This document shows positions 29,282-35,966 of a stretch of DNA of 64,000 bases, one piece after another (position 1 is the stretch's first letter; every line of letters starts with the position of its first letter). The notes under the pieces are model-generated. The model saw only the letters and a program-made list of their open reading frames with translations. It ran no database searches and was not told the origin of the DNA. The stretch spans positions 1 through 64,000 of the IMG/VR virus record IMGVR_UViG_3300027708_000030; one strand, written 5' to 3'. Made by a program: the position numbers and the translations under genes. Origin of the DNA: a virus.

Positions 29282-29989
29282 GTGAAGAAGTTTGCTATAT
29301 TATGGTTGTTGATTTGTGCCAATGCTTACGCAGATGTTTCATTTGGAACTGGCGAATCAGAAGACTGTAACATAGCAAAAGCACTTGCTGTCAATGATGC
29401 TATTGAACGCTACGCTGAGAAAGAGTTTGAAGTAAAGAAACAACATATTTGCAGAGAACGAAACGCAGAAGGCATTGAATGCGAATATGTTAAGAAGACT
29501 GAGATTGAATCTGCTGGTACTTTAAAGAAAGTATTAAGCGAGAAGGTAAAACAGAAGAAAGATATTTGTGTTGTTGAGGTTAAGATTGAACTTGACCCGA
29601 GCAGACCACTGGCAGGAGACATTGAGAATGCCAGTAACTTTGCATATAATGGACAGAAATATCCATTTGATGTAATAACTAGAGAGCCAATGTATGTTTA
29701 CTTGTTTAGTGTATACGATGACAAGATGCATATGATGTATCCCTATGATGGAATTAAGAGTAATCTCTTACATGGTAAGTTGACTTTACCGAATGGTATC
29801 TGGTGGCAAGCAGACATAATGTCCAATGCTATCGAAAGTAAAGATACACTGATGGCAGTCTTCACCAAAGTTAAGATTACTTTTGGTAGTAGTATGACGA
29901 GGGATGAGATCTATCGTCAGATTGCGTCAGTGCCTATTAATGCTAGGCGAGTGGTTTACCACAATTTTGTTATTAAACGGAGAACTTGA
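29282..29989 (+). CDS. secreted hypothetical protein
   Basis: Signal peptide (AYA/D); GTG start. Confidence 0.6.
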   Translation: MKKFAILWLLICANAYADVSFGTGESEDCNIAKALAVNDAIERYAEKEFEVKKQHICRERNAEGIECEYVKKTEIESAGTLKKVLSEKVKQKKDICVVEVKIELDPSRPLAGDIENASNFAYNGQKYPFDVITREPMYVYLFSVYDDKMHMMYPYDGIKSNLLHGKLTLPNGIWWQADIMSNAIESKDTLMAVFTKVKITFGSSMTRDEIYRQIASVPINARRVVYHNFVIKRRT

Positions 29990-29990
29990 A

Positions 29991-30644
29991 ATGAAATATA
30001 TTATGACTTGTGTAGTGGCATCTATGGTAGCCTTATCTGGATGTTCAACTTTTAAGGGAGATCCCAACAAAACAGTTGAGATCCCTGCCAATAAACTCGA
30101 TAATATTCCTCAATGGTATCTTGCAAAAGATCCAGATGACACGAAGTTTATCGTAGTTACTGCGACTGATGTATCGAAAGATATGCAGTTTGCCATCGAC
30201 AAAGCAACATTGAATGCTAAGATTCAACTTGCCGCACGATTGAAAACAGATGTTGATTCTGTTACTCGTGAGTCTACACTTGAGACTGCTGGATCTGGTT
30301 CTGCTGTTGAACGAGAGATTGATCGTGTATCCAAGGTTCGTGTGAAGCAAGCCATTGGTATGTTCAAACGAGAGAACATTGCTGTATTCAAAGAGGGTGA
30401 TGTATATCGTGCATACGTGCAGTTTAAGATTGCAACAGAAGATGCGCAACGATTGACTATGCCAGCAGGTAAGAACAAGAATCGTGAAGACAAATTCAAA
30501 GAGTTGGAAGATGAACCAAAGGTATCTGCAGTTCAACCAAATACATTCCAACTCCTACCTGTAGAGAACGAAGAATACAAGAAGCGTCGTGAAGAAGCGA
30601 TGAAGAAACCTGGAGCAGTAATTGGTCAGGCAGTTGTTCGATGA
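29991..30644 (+). CDS. lipoprotein (LPP20-like)
   Basis: Lipobox LSGC; IPQWY...DMQFAIDKATLNAKIQLA. Confidence 0.7.
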   Translation: MKYIMTCVVASMVALSGCSTFKGDPNKTVEIPANKLDNIPQWYLAKDPDDTKFIVVTATDVSKDMQFAIDKATLNAKIQLAARLKTDVDSVTRESTLETAGSGSAVEREIDRVSKVRVKQAIGMFKRENIAVFKEGDVYRAYVQFKIATEDAQRLTMPAGKNKNREDKFKELEDEPKVSAVQPNTFQLLPVENEEYKKRREEAMKKPGAVIGQAVVR

Positions 30645-31090
30645 AACAGAAGTGGGTAGAAGCATTCATGGATACAGCCGAGCGTTTTGCTCAGCTGTCC
30701 AGTGCAGTTAGATTGCAGGTCGGTGCGGTTGTCGTAAAAGATAATCGTATCATCTCAATTGGATATAATGGAATGCCATCTGGGTGGACAAACGAATGTG
30801 AGAACATCGTGCAGCATTCAGATGACACGATAACAACAGTAACAAAAGATGAGGTAATACATGCTGAAGCAAATGCAATACTCAAATTGGCTCGTGATGG
30901 TGAATCAGGCAATGGCTCCAGTTTATTCTGTACTCATGCTCCTTGCATTCATTGCGCTAAGTTAATACATGGTGCAGGAATAGAACATGTTTACTTTCGG
31001 GAATCATATCGAGATGAACTTGGTATTGATTTTTTAGAGAAATGTAAAATAAGAGTTGAAAAAGTTGACTTTAATTCAATAATGAACTAA
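30641..31090 (+). CDS. cd: dCMP deaminase
   Basis: VGAVVV...IGYNG; HAEANAI; PCIHC. Confidence 0.93.
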   Translation: MKQKWVEAFMDTAERFAQLSSAVRLQVGAVVVKDNRIISIGYNGMPSGWTNECENIVQHSDDTITTVTKDEVIHAEANAILKLARDGESGNGSSLFCTHAPCIHCAKLIHGAGIEHVYFRESYRDELGIDFLEKCKIRVEKVDFNSIMN

Positions 31091-31154
31091 GATAGTGACT
31101 AAATAGATTACTGTCTGAAAAACCTTACAAGTTGTAGGGTTATCCAGATAGTGC

Positions 31155-31183
31155 TTGACAAATAACCAAAGGTGTAGTAGAAT
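31155..31183 (+). promoter_or_regulatory. sigma70 promoter for leader/tRNA operon
   Basis: TTGACA-17-TAGAAT; predicted +1 coincides with the ATG at 31190. Further promoters upstream: TTGACT-17-TAAGAT at 31065-31093 and late-type CTAAATA near 31099. Confidence 0.85.
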
Positions 31184-31189
31184 TCAATC

Positions 31190-31309
31190 ATGAACTTAAG
31201 AAATATATCCTCGCAGAAACATCTCCCGCTATTAAGTGGCTGGACATGCTCACGCACATCATTTGGATATAATGCGATTGAGGATTCTGGGGGTTTGGCA
31301 AGTACATAA
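31190..31309 (+). CDS. putative attenuator leader peptide (39 aa; not in ORF track)
   Basis: MNLRNISSQKHLPLLSGWTCSRTSFGYNAIEDSGGLAST*; the last codons form the 5' arm of an antiterminator. Confidence 0.7.
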   Translation: MNLRNISSQKHLPLLSGWTCSRTSFGYNAIEDSGGLAST

Positions 31310-31370
31310 CTGACACACGCAGTTTACTTACCAAACCCTCTGAGATGAAAATCCAGAGGGTTTTTTGTTT
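31289..31370 (+). terminator. attenuator: mutually exclusive antiterminator (31289-31304/31325-31340) and intrinsic terminator (31336-31366)
   Basis: GGGGGTTTGGCAAGTA pairs with TACTTACCAAACCCTC at 15 of 16 positions. Terminator CCCTCTG-A-GAT-GAAA-ATC-CAGAGGG-TTTTTT shares 31333-31340. Confidence 0.85.
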
Positions 31371-31415
31371 TATAGCCATCGTGCTAAAATGTTCTTTTAC
31401 AATTCAGGATTCTGT

Positions 31416-31489
31416 TGGGGGTTGGTGTAGTGGTAGCACACTTGACTTTGACTCAAGTAGTACAAGTTCGATTCTTGTACCCCCTGCCA
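31416..31489 (+). tRNA. tRNA-Gln(UUG)
   Basis: Cloverleaf, loop CTTTGAC, TTCGA, encoded CCA. Confidence 0.9.
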
Positions 31490-31581
31490 AACAGAAACAC
31501 ATTGATCATCTAATTGGTCAGGATGGTGTTCATAAGGCACTAAATGTAGGTTCGACTCCTACTCAGTGTGTTTTTGTTTGG
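31487..31581 (+). ncRNA. tRNA-like element with ~19-bp closing stem and no CCA
   Basis: CCAAACAGAAACACATTGA pairs with TCAGTGTGTTTTTGTTTGG; D-arm-like segment, non-canonical anticodon loop, T arm GTAGG-TTCGACT-CCTAC. Confidence 0.55.
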
Positions 31582-31590
31582 TAAAAATAT

Positions 31591-31664
31591 GGGAGTGAAA
31601 CTTTAAGGTGAAGTAACTGGCTTTTAACCAGTAAAATTCGGATCGTTCCCGAACACTCCTACCA
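31591..31664 (+). tRNA. tRNA-Lys(UUU), atypical T loop
   Basis: ACTGG-CTTTTAA-CCAGT; T loop ATCGTTC; CCA. Confidence 0.85.
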
Positions 31665-31669
31665 ATTAT

Positions 31670-31745
31670 GGTGTTTATAGTGTAGTGGTCTGCACATCTC
31701 GCTGTGACCGAGATAGTATGAGTTCGATCCTCATTAAACACCCCA
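31670..31745 (+). tRNA. tRNA-His(GUG)
   Basis: G-1, C73, loop CTGTGAC, CCA. Confidence 0.9.
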
Positions 31746-31746
31746 T

Positions 31747-31822
31747 GCTGCTTTAGCTGATGTGGTCATAGCGGTGGTTTGAAGAACCATTGAAAGTAGT
31801 TCGATTCTACTAGGCAGCACCA
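31747..31822 (+). tRNA. tRNA-Phe(GAA)
   Basis: Loop TTGAAGA, CCA. Confidence 0.9.
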
Positions 31823-31831
31823 AAAAATTAG

Positions 31832-31906
31832 TCCCGATTAGCTCAGAGGTAGAGCAATCGCTTGATAAGCGATAGGCGAGTGGATCGTTACCACTATCGG
31901 GAACCA
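31832..31906 (+). tRNA. tRNA-Ile(GAU), atypical T loop
   Basis: ATCGC-TTGATAA-GCGAT; T loop ATCGTTA; CCA. Confidence 0.88.
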
Positions 31907-31912
31907 AGTTAT

Positions 31913-32002
31913 GGAGAGTTGGTCGAGTCTGGTTTATGGCAACAGTCTTGAAAACTGTCGAACAGAAATGTTCCGTGAGTTCGAATCTCACACTCTCCGC
32001 CA
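31913..32002 (+). tRNA. tRNA-Ser(UGA)
   Basis: Loop CTTGAAA, long variable arm, G73 CCA. Confidence 0.92.
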
Positions 32003-32006
32003 ATAT

Positions 32007-32081
32007 GCCTCGTTATTTCAGTGGTAGAATGTCTCTTTTACACGGAGAAGGTCGGCAGTTCGAATCTGTCACGAGGTACCA
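32007..32081 (+). tRNA. tRNA-Val(UAC)
   Basis: Loop TTTACAC, CCA. Confidence 0.9.
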
Positions 32082-32083
32082 AT

Positions 32084-32158
32084 ACCCGATTGGTGAAATG
32101 AATATCACGCTGTGCTACGAACGCAGAAGTGGAGGTTTGATTCCTTCATTGGGTGCCA
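32084..32158 (+). tRNA. tRNA-Arg(ACG)
   Basis: Loop CTACGAA, CCA. Confidence 0.88.
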
Positions 32159-32164
32159 AAGTTT

Positions 32165-32253
32165 GGAAGATGGGCAGGACGGTAATGCAGCAGATTGCTA
32201 ATCTGTCATCGTAGTGATACGGTGAGTGAGTTCGACTCTCACATCTTCCGCCA
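32165..32253 (+). tRNA. tRNA-Ser(GCU)
   Basis: Loop TTGCTAA, long variable arm, CCA. Confidence 0.92.
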
Positions 32254-32259
32254 AATGTT

Positions 32260-32334
32260 GGGCTGATAGCTTAATGGTAAAGCAATCGACTCATAATCGA
32301 TTGAGTCTGAGTTCAATTCTCAGTCAGCCCACCA
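32260..32334 (+). tRNA. tRNA with CAU anticodon (Ile2 or Met)
   Basis: ATCGA-CTCATAA-TCGAT, CCA; identity not resolvable by eye. Confidence 0.85.
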
Positions 32335-32336
32335 AT

Positions 32337-32414
32337 GCCTCGATGGACAAATTGGAAAAGTCGTCTCTCTCAAAAGGAGAAATTCTGTGAGTTCGAATCT
32401 CACTCGAGGTACCA
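32337..32414 (+). tRNA. tRNA-Leu(CAA), short variable region
   Basis: Loop CTCAAAA, CCA. Confidence 0.85.
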
Positions 32415-32418
32415 ACTG

Positions 32419-32447
32419 TTGACTTGCAAGATTGTTTGATGTATAAT
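32419..32447 (+). promoter_or_regulatory. internal promoter in tRNA array (class B); near-duplicate at 32706-32734
   Basis: TTGACTTGCAAGATT...TATAAT with a 17-nt spacer at both sites. Confidence 0.8.
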
Positions 32448-32456
32448 AGAGTAACT

Positions 32457-32539
32457 GCGAGTATGATGAAATTGGTAAACATAGAAGACTTAAAATCTTC
32501 CGCTTCGGCTTCCCAGTTCGAGTCTGGGTACTCGCACCA
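32457..32539 (+). tRNA. tRNA-Leu(UAA)
   Basis: Loop CTTAAAA, variable arm GC-TTCG-GC, CCA. Confidence 0.92.
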
Positions 32540-32541
32540 AT

Positions 32542-32616
32542 ACGGCTATAGTATAATGGAGAATACAGTAGGCTTCTACCCTACGAATGTGGGTTCGATT
32601 CCTGCTAGCCGTGCCA
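32542..32616 (+). tRNA. tRNA-Arg(UCU)
   Basis: GTAGG-CTTCTAC-CCTAC, CCA. Confidence 0.9.
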
Positions 32617-32623
32617 GAATTAT

Positions 32624-32697
32624 GTGAGTGGAGCCAGTTGGACAGGCACTGGATTGCAAACCCATGGAAGTAGGTTCGATTCCTATCACTCACTCCA
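32624..32697 (+). tRNA. tRNA-Cys(GCA)
   Basis: Loop TTGCAAA, U73 CCA. Confidence 0.88.
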
Positions 32698-32868
32698 GAT
32701 AGTTGTTGACTTGCAAGATTATTTGAGGTATAATAGTTGTTCTTCGAAAGTCCACTCTAAGTCTGCGGTAAATACGTAGCATGTGGCAGGGATGGCTTGA
32801 TTGTTGCAACTCGCCTACAATCTCCCATGCAAGCAAGTTTGGTAGTTCTTGTAAAAAACTACCACTGT

Positions 32869-32944
32869 GCTCGATTCGTCTATCGGTTAGGACACTGCCC
32901 TTTCACGGCAGGAAGGAGGGGTTCGATTCCCCCATCGAGTACCA
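32869..32944 (+). tRNA. tRNA-Glu(UUC)
   Basis: CTGCC-CTTTCAC-GGCAG, CCA. Confidence 0.92.
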
Positions 32945-32945
32945 G

Positions 32946-33177
32946 ATTTAATTACATTGGTTATCAACCCAGTAGGTGACTTATGCAGAGATATATTCCT
33001 AGTGACGGCTAGGCTCTGGTAAGTTACACGAAAGATGGAAACGAAGTCGAAAGATGGATACGGTGGTCACGCTGGAACAAGTTGGGCACGTAATGTGGTT
33101 GACAGACAAGTCCATGGACGGCATGGTAGGGCAGGTTCAAAACTGTTTATTCTGTCAAACACCCAGTGTAATTAAAT
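32946..33177 (+). ncRNA. unnamed ~230-nt structured RNA
   Basis: 15-bp closing stem ATTTAATTACATTGG/CCAGTGTAATTAAAT with several internal hairpins. Confidence 0.6.
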
Positions 33178-33181
33178 GTGG

Positions 33182-33330
33182 TATTAGTTTAGTGTTATCA
33201 AGGTATCGTCATAGGACGCTATGACTACTCGACAGTTAGGGTGCGACTGAAACTGTCTGATATAACTGCCACTCGCTTGTCAGTGTTAGCTACATTGTTG
33301 ACAAATCGGCACGATAACACTAAACTAATA
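33182..33330 (+). ncRNA. unnamed ~150-nt structured RNA
   Basis: Perfect 18-bp closing stem TATTAGTTTAGTGTTATC/GATAACACTAAACTAATA with internal hairpins. Confidence 0.65.
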
Positions 33331-33335
33331 TCATT

Positions 33336-33428
33336 GGAGCAATTGATGCTATGGCGTGTGCATCCTCAGACTGTAAATCTGATCCCTCTGGGTAAACAAT
33401 CTTGGTTCGACTCCAAGTTGCTCCACCA
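33336..33428 (+). tRNA. tRNA-Tyr(GUA)
   Basis: TCAGA-CTGTAAA-TCTGA, long variable arm, CCA. Confidence 0.9.
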
Positions 33429-33435
33429 GTTTTTA

Positions 33436-33510
33436 GGCTCGTTAGTATAATGGTCATTACAGCGGATTGTCTATCCGCTTATGGGAGTTCGATTCTCCCA
33501 CGAGTCGCCA
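33436..33510 (+). tRNA. tRNA-Asp(GUC)
   Basis: GCGGA-TTGTCTA-TCCGC (U37), CCA. Confidence 0.9.
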
Positions 33511-33514
33511 AGTT

Positions 33515-33592
33515 TGCGGAGTATGGAAGTGGTCTATCCGTCTGGTCTCATAAGCCATGAAATCGTTGGTTCGAATCCAACCTCCGCTACCA
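33515..33592 (+). tRNA. tRNA-Met(CAU), initiator-like
   Basis: 1:72 mismatch, GCGG acceptor, loop CTCATAA, CCA. Confidence 0.85.
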
Positions 33593-33863
33593 AGCCATGC
33601 AGCGTCACAACTGCTACTCTGACCCAGAGGAAATGAAACTGAGTTGTCCTCAGTAGGGTGGTTCTTTTCTATTAAATTAGAAGGCATCGAAACTGTTATA
33701 GAAGACAGATAAGATGGGGTCGACCAAACCAGCGTTAGCAACACGAGAGTTCTGTCCGTGGCGAGTGGGTGGAGGGCATGCTTGATGGAGAAACTGGTGC
33801 GATGTACACAAACCAGAAATAAACTGATGTGCTATAATTACCACGACGGATAGAAAGCATTTT

Positions 33864-33940
33864 GCCCCGATGACGGAATTGGTATACGTGTTGGTCTTAG
33901 AAGCCAAATTTTGCGAGTTCGAGTCTCGCTTGGGGCACCA
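33864..33940 (+). tRNA. tRNA-Leu(UAG), short variable region
   Basis: Loop CTTAGAA, CCA. Confidence 0.88.
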
Positions 33941-33946
33941 AATTTC

Positions 33947-34021
33947 GGTGATGTAGCACAACGGTAGTGCAACTCCTTCATACGGAGTAGGTTAGTGGCT
34001 CGATTCCACTCATCACCACCA
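33947..34021 (+). tRNA. tRNA with CAU anticodon (elongator Met likely)
   Basis: ACTCC-TTCATAC-GGAGT, CCA. Confidence 0.85.
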
Positions 34022-34028
34022 AATATAG

Positions 34029-34105
<77 letters not shown>

Positions 34106-34119
34106 AGATAAGTAGAAGT

Positions 34120-34773
34120 ATGAAGCACATGGCATTATATTTGCACCATCCCGAATGTTCGAAGGACTGTGCGTATGCCATGGTTAATGCTCTTTCTTCA
34201 GATTACCAAATACGGATATTTGAAGAAAGCGAGTTAGACGATGATAGTTTCTTTGACAATATTGACATTATTGCTTTTCCTGGTGGTATTGGCGATAGCG
34301 ACAGTTATCCTAATTTCTTCACTAGAACAAGAGCGAATCGAATCGCCAGATTCTTGGATGGTGGTGGTCACTATCTTGGCATCTGCATGGGTGCTTATTG
34401 GGCTGGAAGTCGTTATTTCGATATACTTACTGATGTTGGTCCAGTTCAGTACATAAAGAGACCGAATGCCACTGTTCGCAGAAGTTATGGAACAGTTGCT
34501 GATGTAGAGTGGAATGGTACAAAAGAGCAGATGTATTTTTATGATGGTTGTGCGCTGATTGGAGACGAGACAAAGTTTAAAACAATCGCACGATATGCCA
34601 ATGGTGATCCAATGGCAATCATACAAGGAAGAATAGGATTAATAGGTTGCCACCCAGAAGCACCACTGTATTGGTATGAGAAACCATGGCAATACATAAA
34701 CAAACACTGGAACGATGGAAGACATCACACACTGTTGTTAGATTTTGTAAATAAATTATGCCCTATTAGTTAA
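34120..34773 (+). CDS. class I glutamine-amidotransferase-like protein (BPL_N family)
   Basis: FPGG, YLGICMGAY nucleophile elbow, GCHPE. Confidence 0.8.
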   Translation: MKHMALYLHHPECSKDCAYAMVNALSSDYQIRIFEESELDDDSFFDNIDIIAFPGGIGDSDSYPNFFTRTRANRIARFLDGGGHYLGICMGAYWAGSRYFDILTDVGPVQYIKRPNATVRRSYGTVADVEWNGTKEQMYFYDGCALIGDETKFKTIARYANGDPMAIIQGRIGLIGCHPEAPLYWYEKPWQYINKHWNDGRHHTLLLDFVNKLCPIS

Positions 34774-34833
34774 ATGGTAGAACACCTGTTTTGTAATCAG
34801 GTAATGGCAGTTCGATTCTGTCATGGGGCACCA
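34760..34833 (+). tRNA. tRNA-Thr(UGU)
   Basis: Loop TTTGTAA, CCA; overlaps the last 14 nt of the upstream CDS. Confidence 0.88.
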
Positions 34834-34840
34834 AACAATA

Positions 34841-34990
34841 ATGGAGAATGTCGTGTCATCAAGAGAAACAATAGAGAAAGCATATGGAAGCATTCCCAAA
34901 GAAGTAGGAATGTATCATGATTGGGGTATCCCAACATGGAGAGGTTTTAAGTATTACTGGTATAAAATTACCAGAAAAGTAACAAGATAA
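34841..34990 (+). CDS. small hypothetical protein (not in ORF track)
   Basis: MENVVSSRETIEKAYGSIPKEVG...KVTR* fills the gap between tRNAs; start could be the internal GTG. Confidence 0.5.
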   Translation: MENVVSSRETIEKAYGSIPKEVGMYHDWGIPTWRGFKYYWYKITRKVTR

Positions 34991-34996
34991 GTTTAT

Positions 34997-35072
34997 TCCG
35001 CAGTAGCTCAGTTGGTAGAGTAGATGACTGTTAATCATTTGGTCGATGGTTCGAGCCCATCCTGTGGAGCCA
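34997..35072 (+). tRNA. tRNA-Asn(GUU)
   Basis: Loop CTGTTAA, CCA. Confidence 0.92.
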
Positions 35073-35078
35073 AGTATC

Positions 35079-35152
35079 GGGGGATTAGTATAATGGGATT
35101 ACGGCAGCTTTGCAAGCTGTTTATGGGAGTTCGATCCTCCCATCCTCCACCA
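35079..35152 (+). tRNA. tRNA-Ala(UGC)
   Basis: G3:U70, loop TTTGCAA, CCA. Confidence 0.92.
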
Positions 35153-35202
35153 AGAATCGCTCTCACATATGGCGTATAATAAGATAAGTAATATGTGACC
35201 TT

Positions 35203-35276
35203 GCTCTGTTAGTTAAATGGTATAACAGTTGATTAGTAATCATCAATTGGGAGTTCGATTCTCTCACGGAGCACCA
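35203..35276 (+). tRNA. tRNA-Thr(AGU)
   Basis: GTTGA-TTAGTAA-TCATC, TTCGA, CCA. Confidence 0.8.
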
Positions 35277-35278
35277 AT

Positions 35279-35352
35279 ATCTCTCTAGTGTAATGGCAGC
35301 ACGAAAATCTCCAAAATTTTTAGTCGGGGTTCAAGTCCCTGGAGGGATGCCA
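35279..35352 (+). tRNA. tRNA-Trp(CCA)
   Basis: AAAAT-CTCCAAA-ATTTT, CCA. Confidence 0.88.
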
Positions 35353-35354
35353 AT

Positions 35355-35428
35355 GCGGGATTAGTTTAATGGTAAAACTACAGATTTCCAATCTGTTGTT
35401 ATCAGTTCGATTCTGATATTCCGCTCCA
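35355..35428 (+). tRNA. tRNA-Gly(UCC)
   Basis: Loop TTTCCAA, U73 CCA. Confidence 0.9.
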
Positions 35429-35446
35429 TTTAAGATAGAGGTAGTT

Positions 35447-35923
35447 ATGCGTAAAGATATCAACATCGATGAAGTGAAACAATTCATCGAGGCACAGAGT
35501 CCTGAATCTAAGATTTATATCGGTGGCGACTCTGAACGATTTAATATCGGTGATGATTTCTACGCTGATTATATCTTAGTGATTGTTGTTCATATCAATG
35601 GTAATAATGGTTGTAAAATCTTCGGTGAAGTATCTCGTGAAAGAGACTATGACCAGAAGAAAAGCAAACCACGTATGCGATTGATGAATGAAGTATATAA
35701 AATTGCAGAGTTGTATCTAAAGTTGCATGAAGTTCTGGAAGACAGAGATGTGGAAGTTCACCTTGACATTAATCCAGACGAAATGCATGGATCATCTTGC
35801 GTAATCAACGAAGCAGTTGGTTACATTAAGGGTATGTGCAATATTGTACCATTTGTAAAACCAAATGCATTTGCAGCATCATACGCTGCAGACAGATACA
35901 AGTCTTACATGCGTGCAGCATAA
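35447..35923 (+). CDS. RNase H-like YkuK (DUF458) family protein
   Basis: IYIGGDS...RLMNEV...EVHLDIN...KPNAFAASYAAD. Confidence 0.8.
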   Translation: MRKDINIDEVKQFIEAQSPESKIYIGGDSERFNIGDDFYADYILVIVVHINGNNGCKIFGEVSRERDYDQKKSKPRMRLMNEVYKIAELYLKLHEVLEDRDVEVHLDINPDEMHGSSCVINEAVGYIKGMCNIVPFVKPNAFAASYAADRYKSYMRAA

Positions 35924-35966
35924 TTTGACATGCAGGGAATATTATTGTATAATAAGTAGTAAGAGT

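Noticed and set aside
32746-32866. RNase P RNA (GAAAGTCC resembles the P4 5' strand)
   Set aside because: Too short, and no matching 3' P4 strand (AACCCGGCTTA-like) was found.
33612-33662. Hammerhead-like arrangement (CTGA...GAAAC-stem-GTA with possible stem I)
   Set aside because: The core reads CTGACCCAGA rather than CUGANGA and stem II is essentially absent. Not callable without a cleavage assay.
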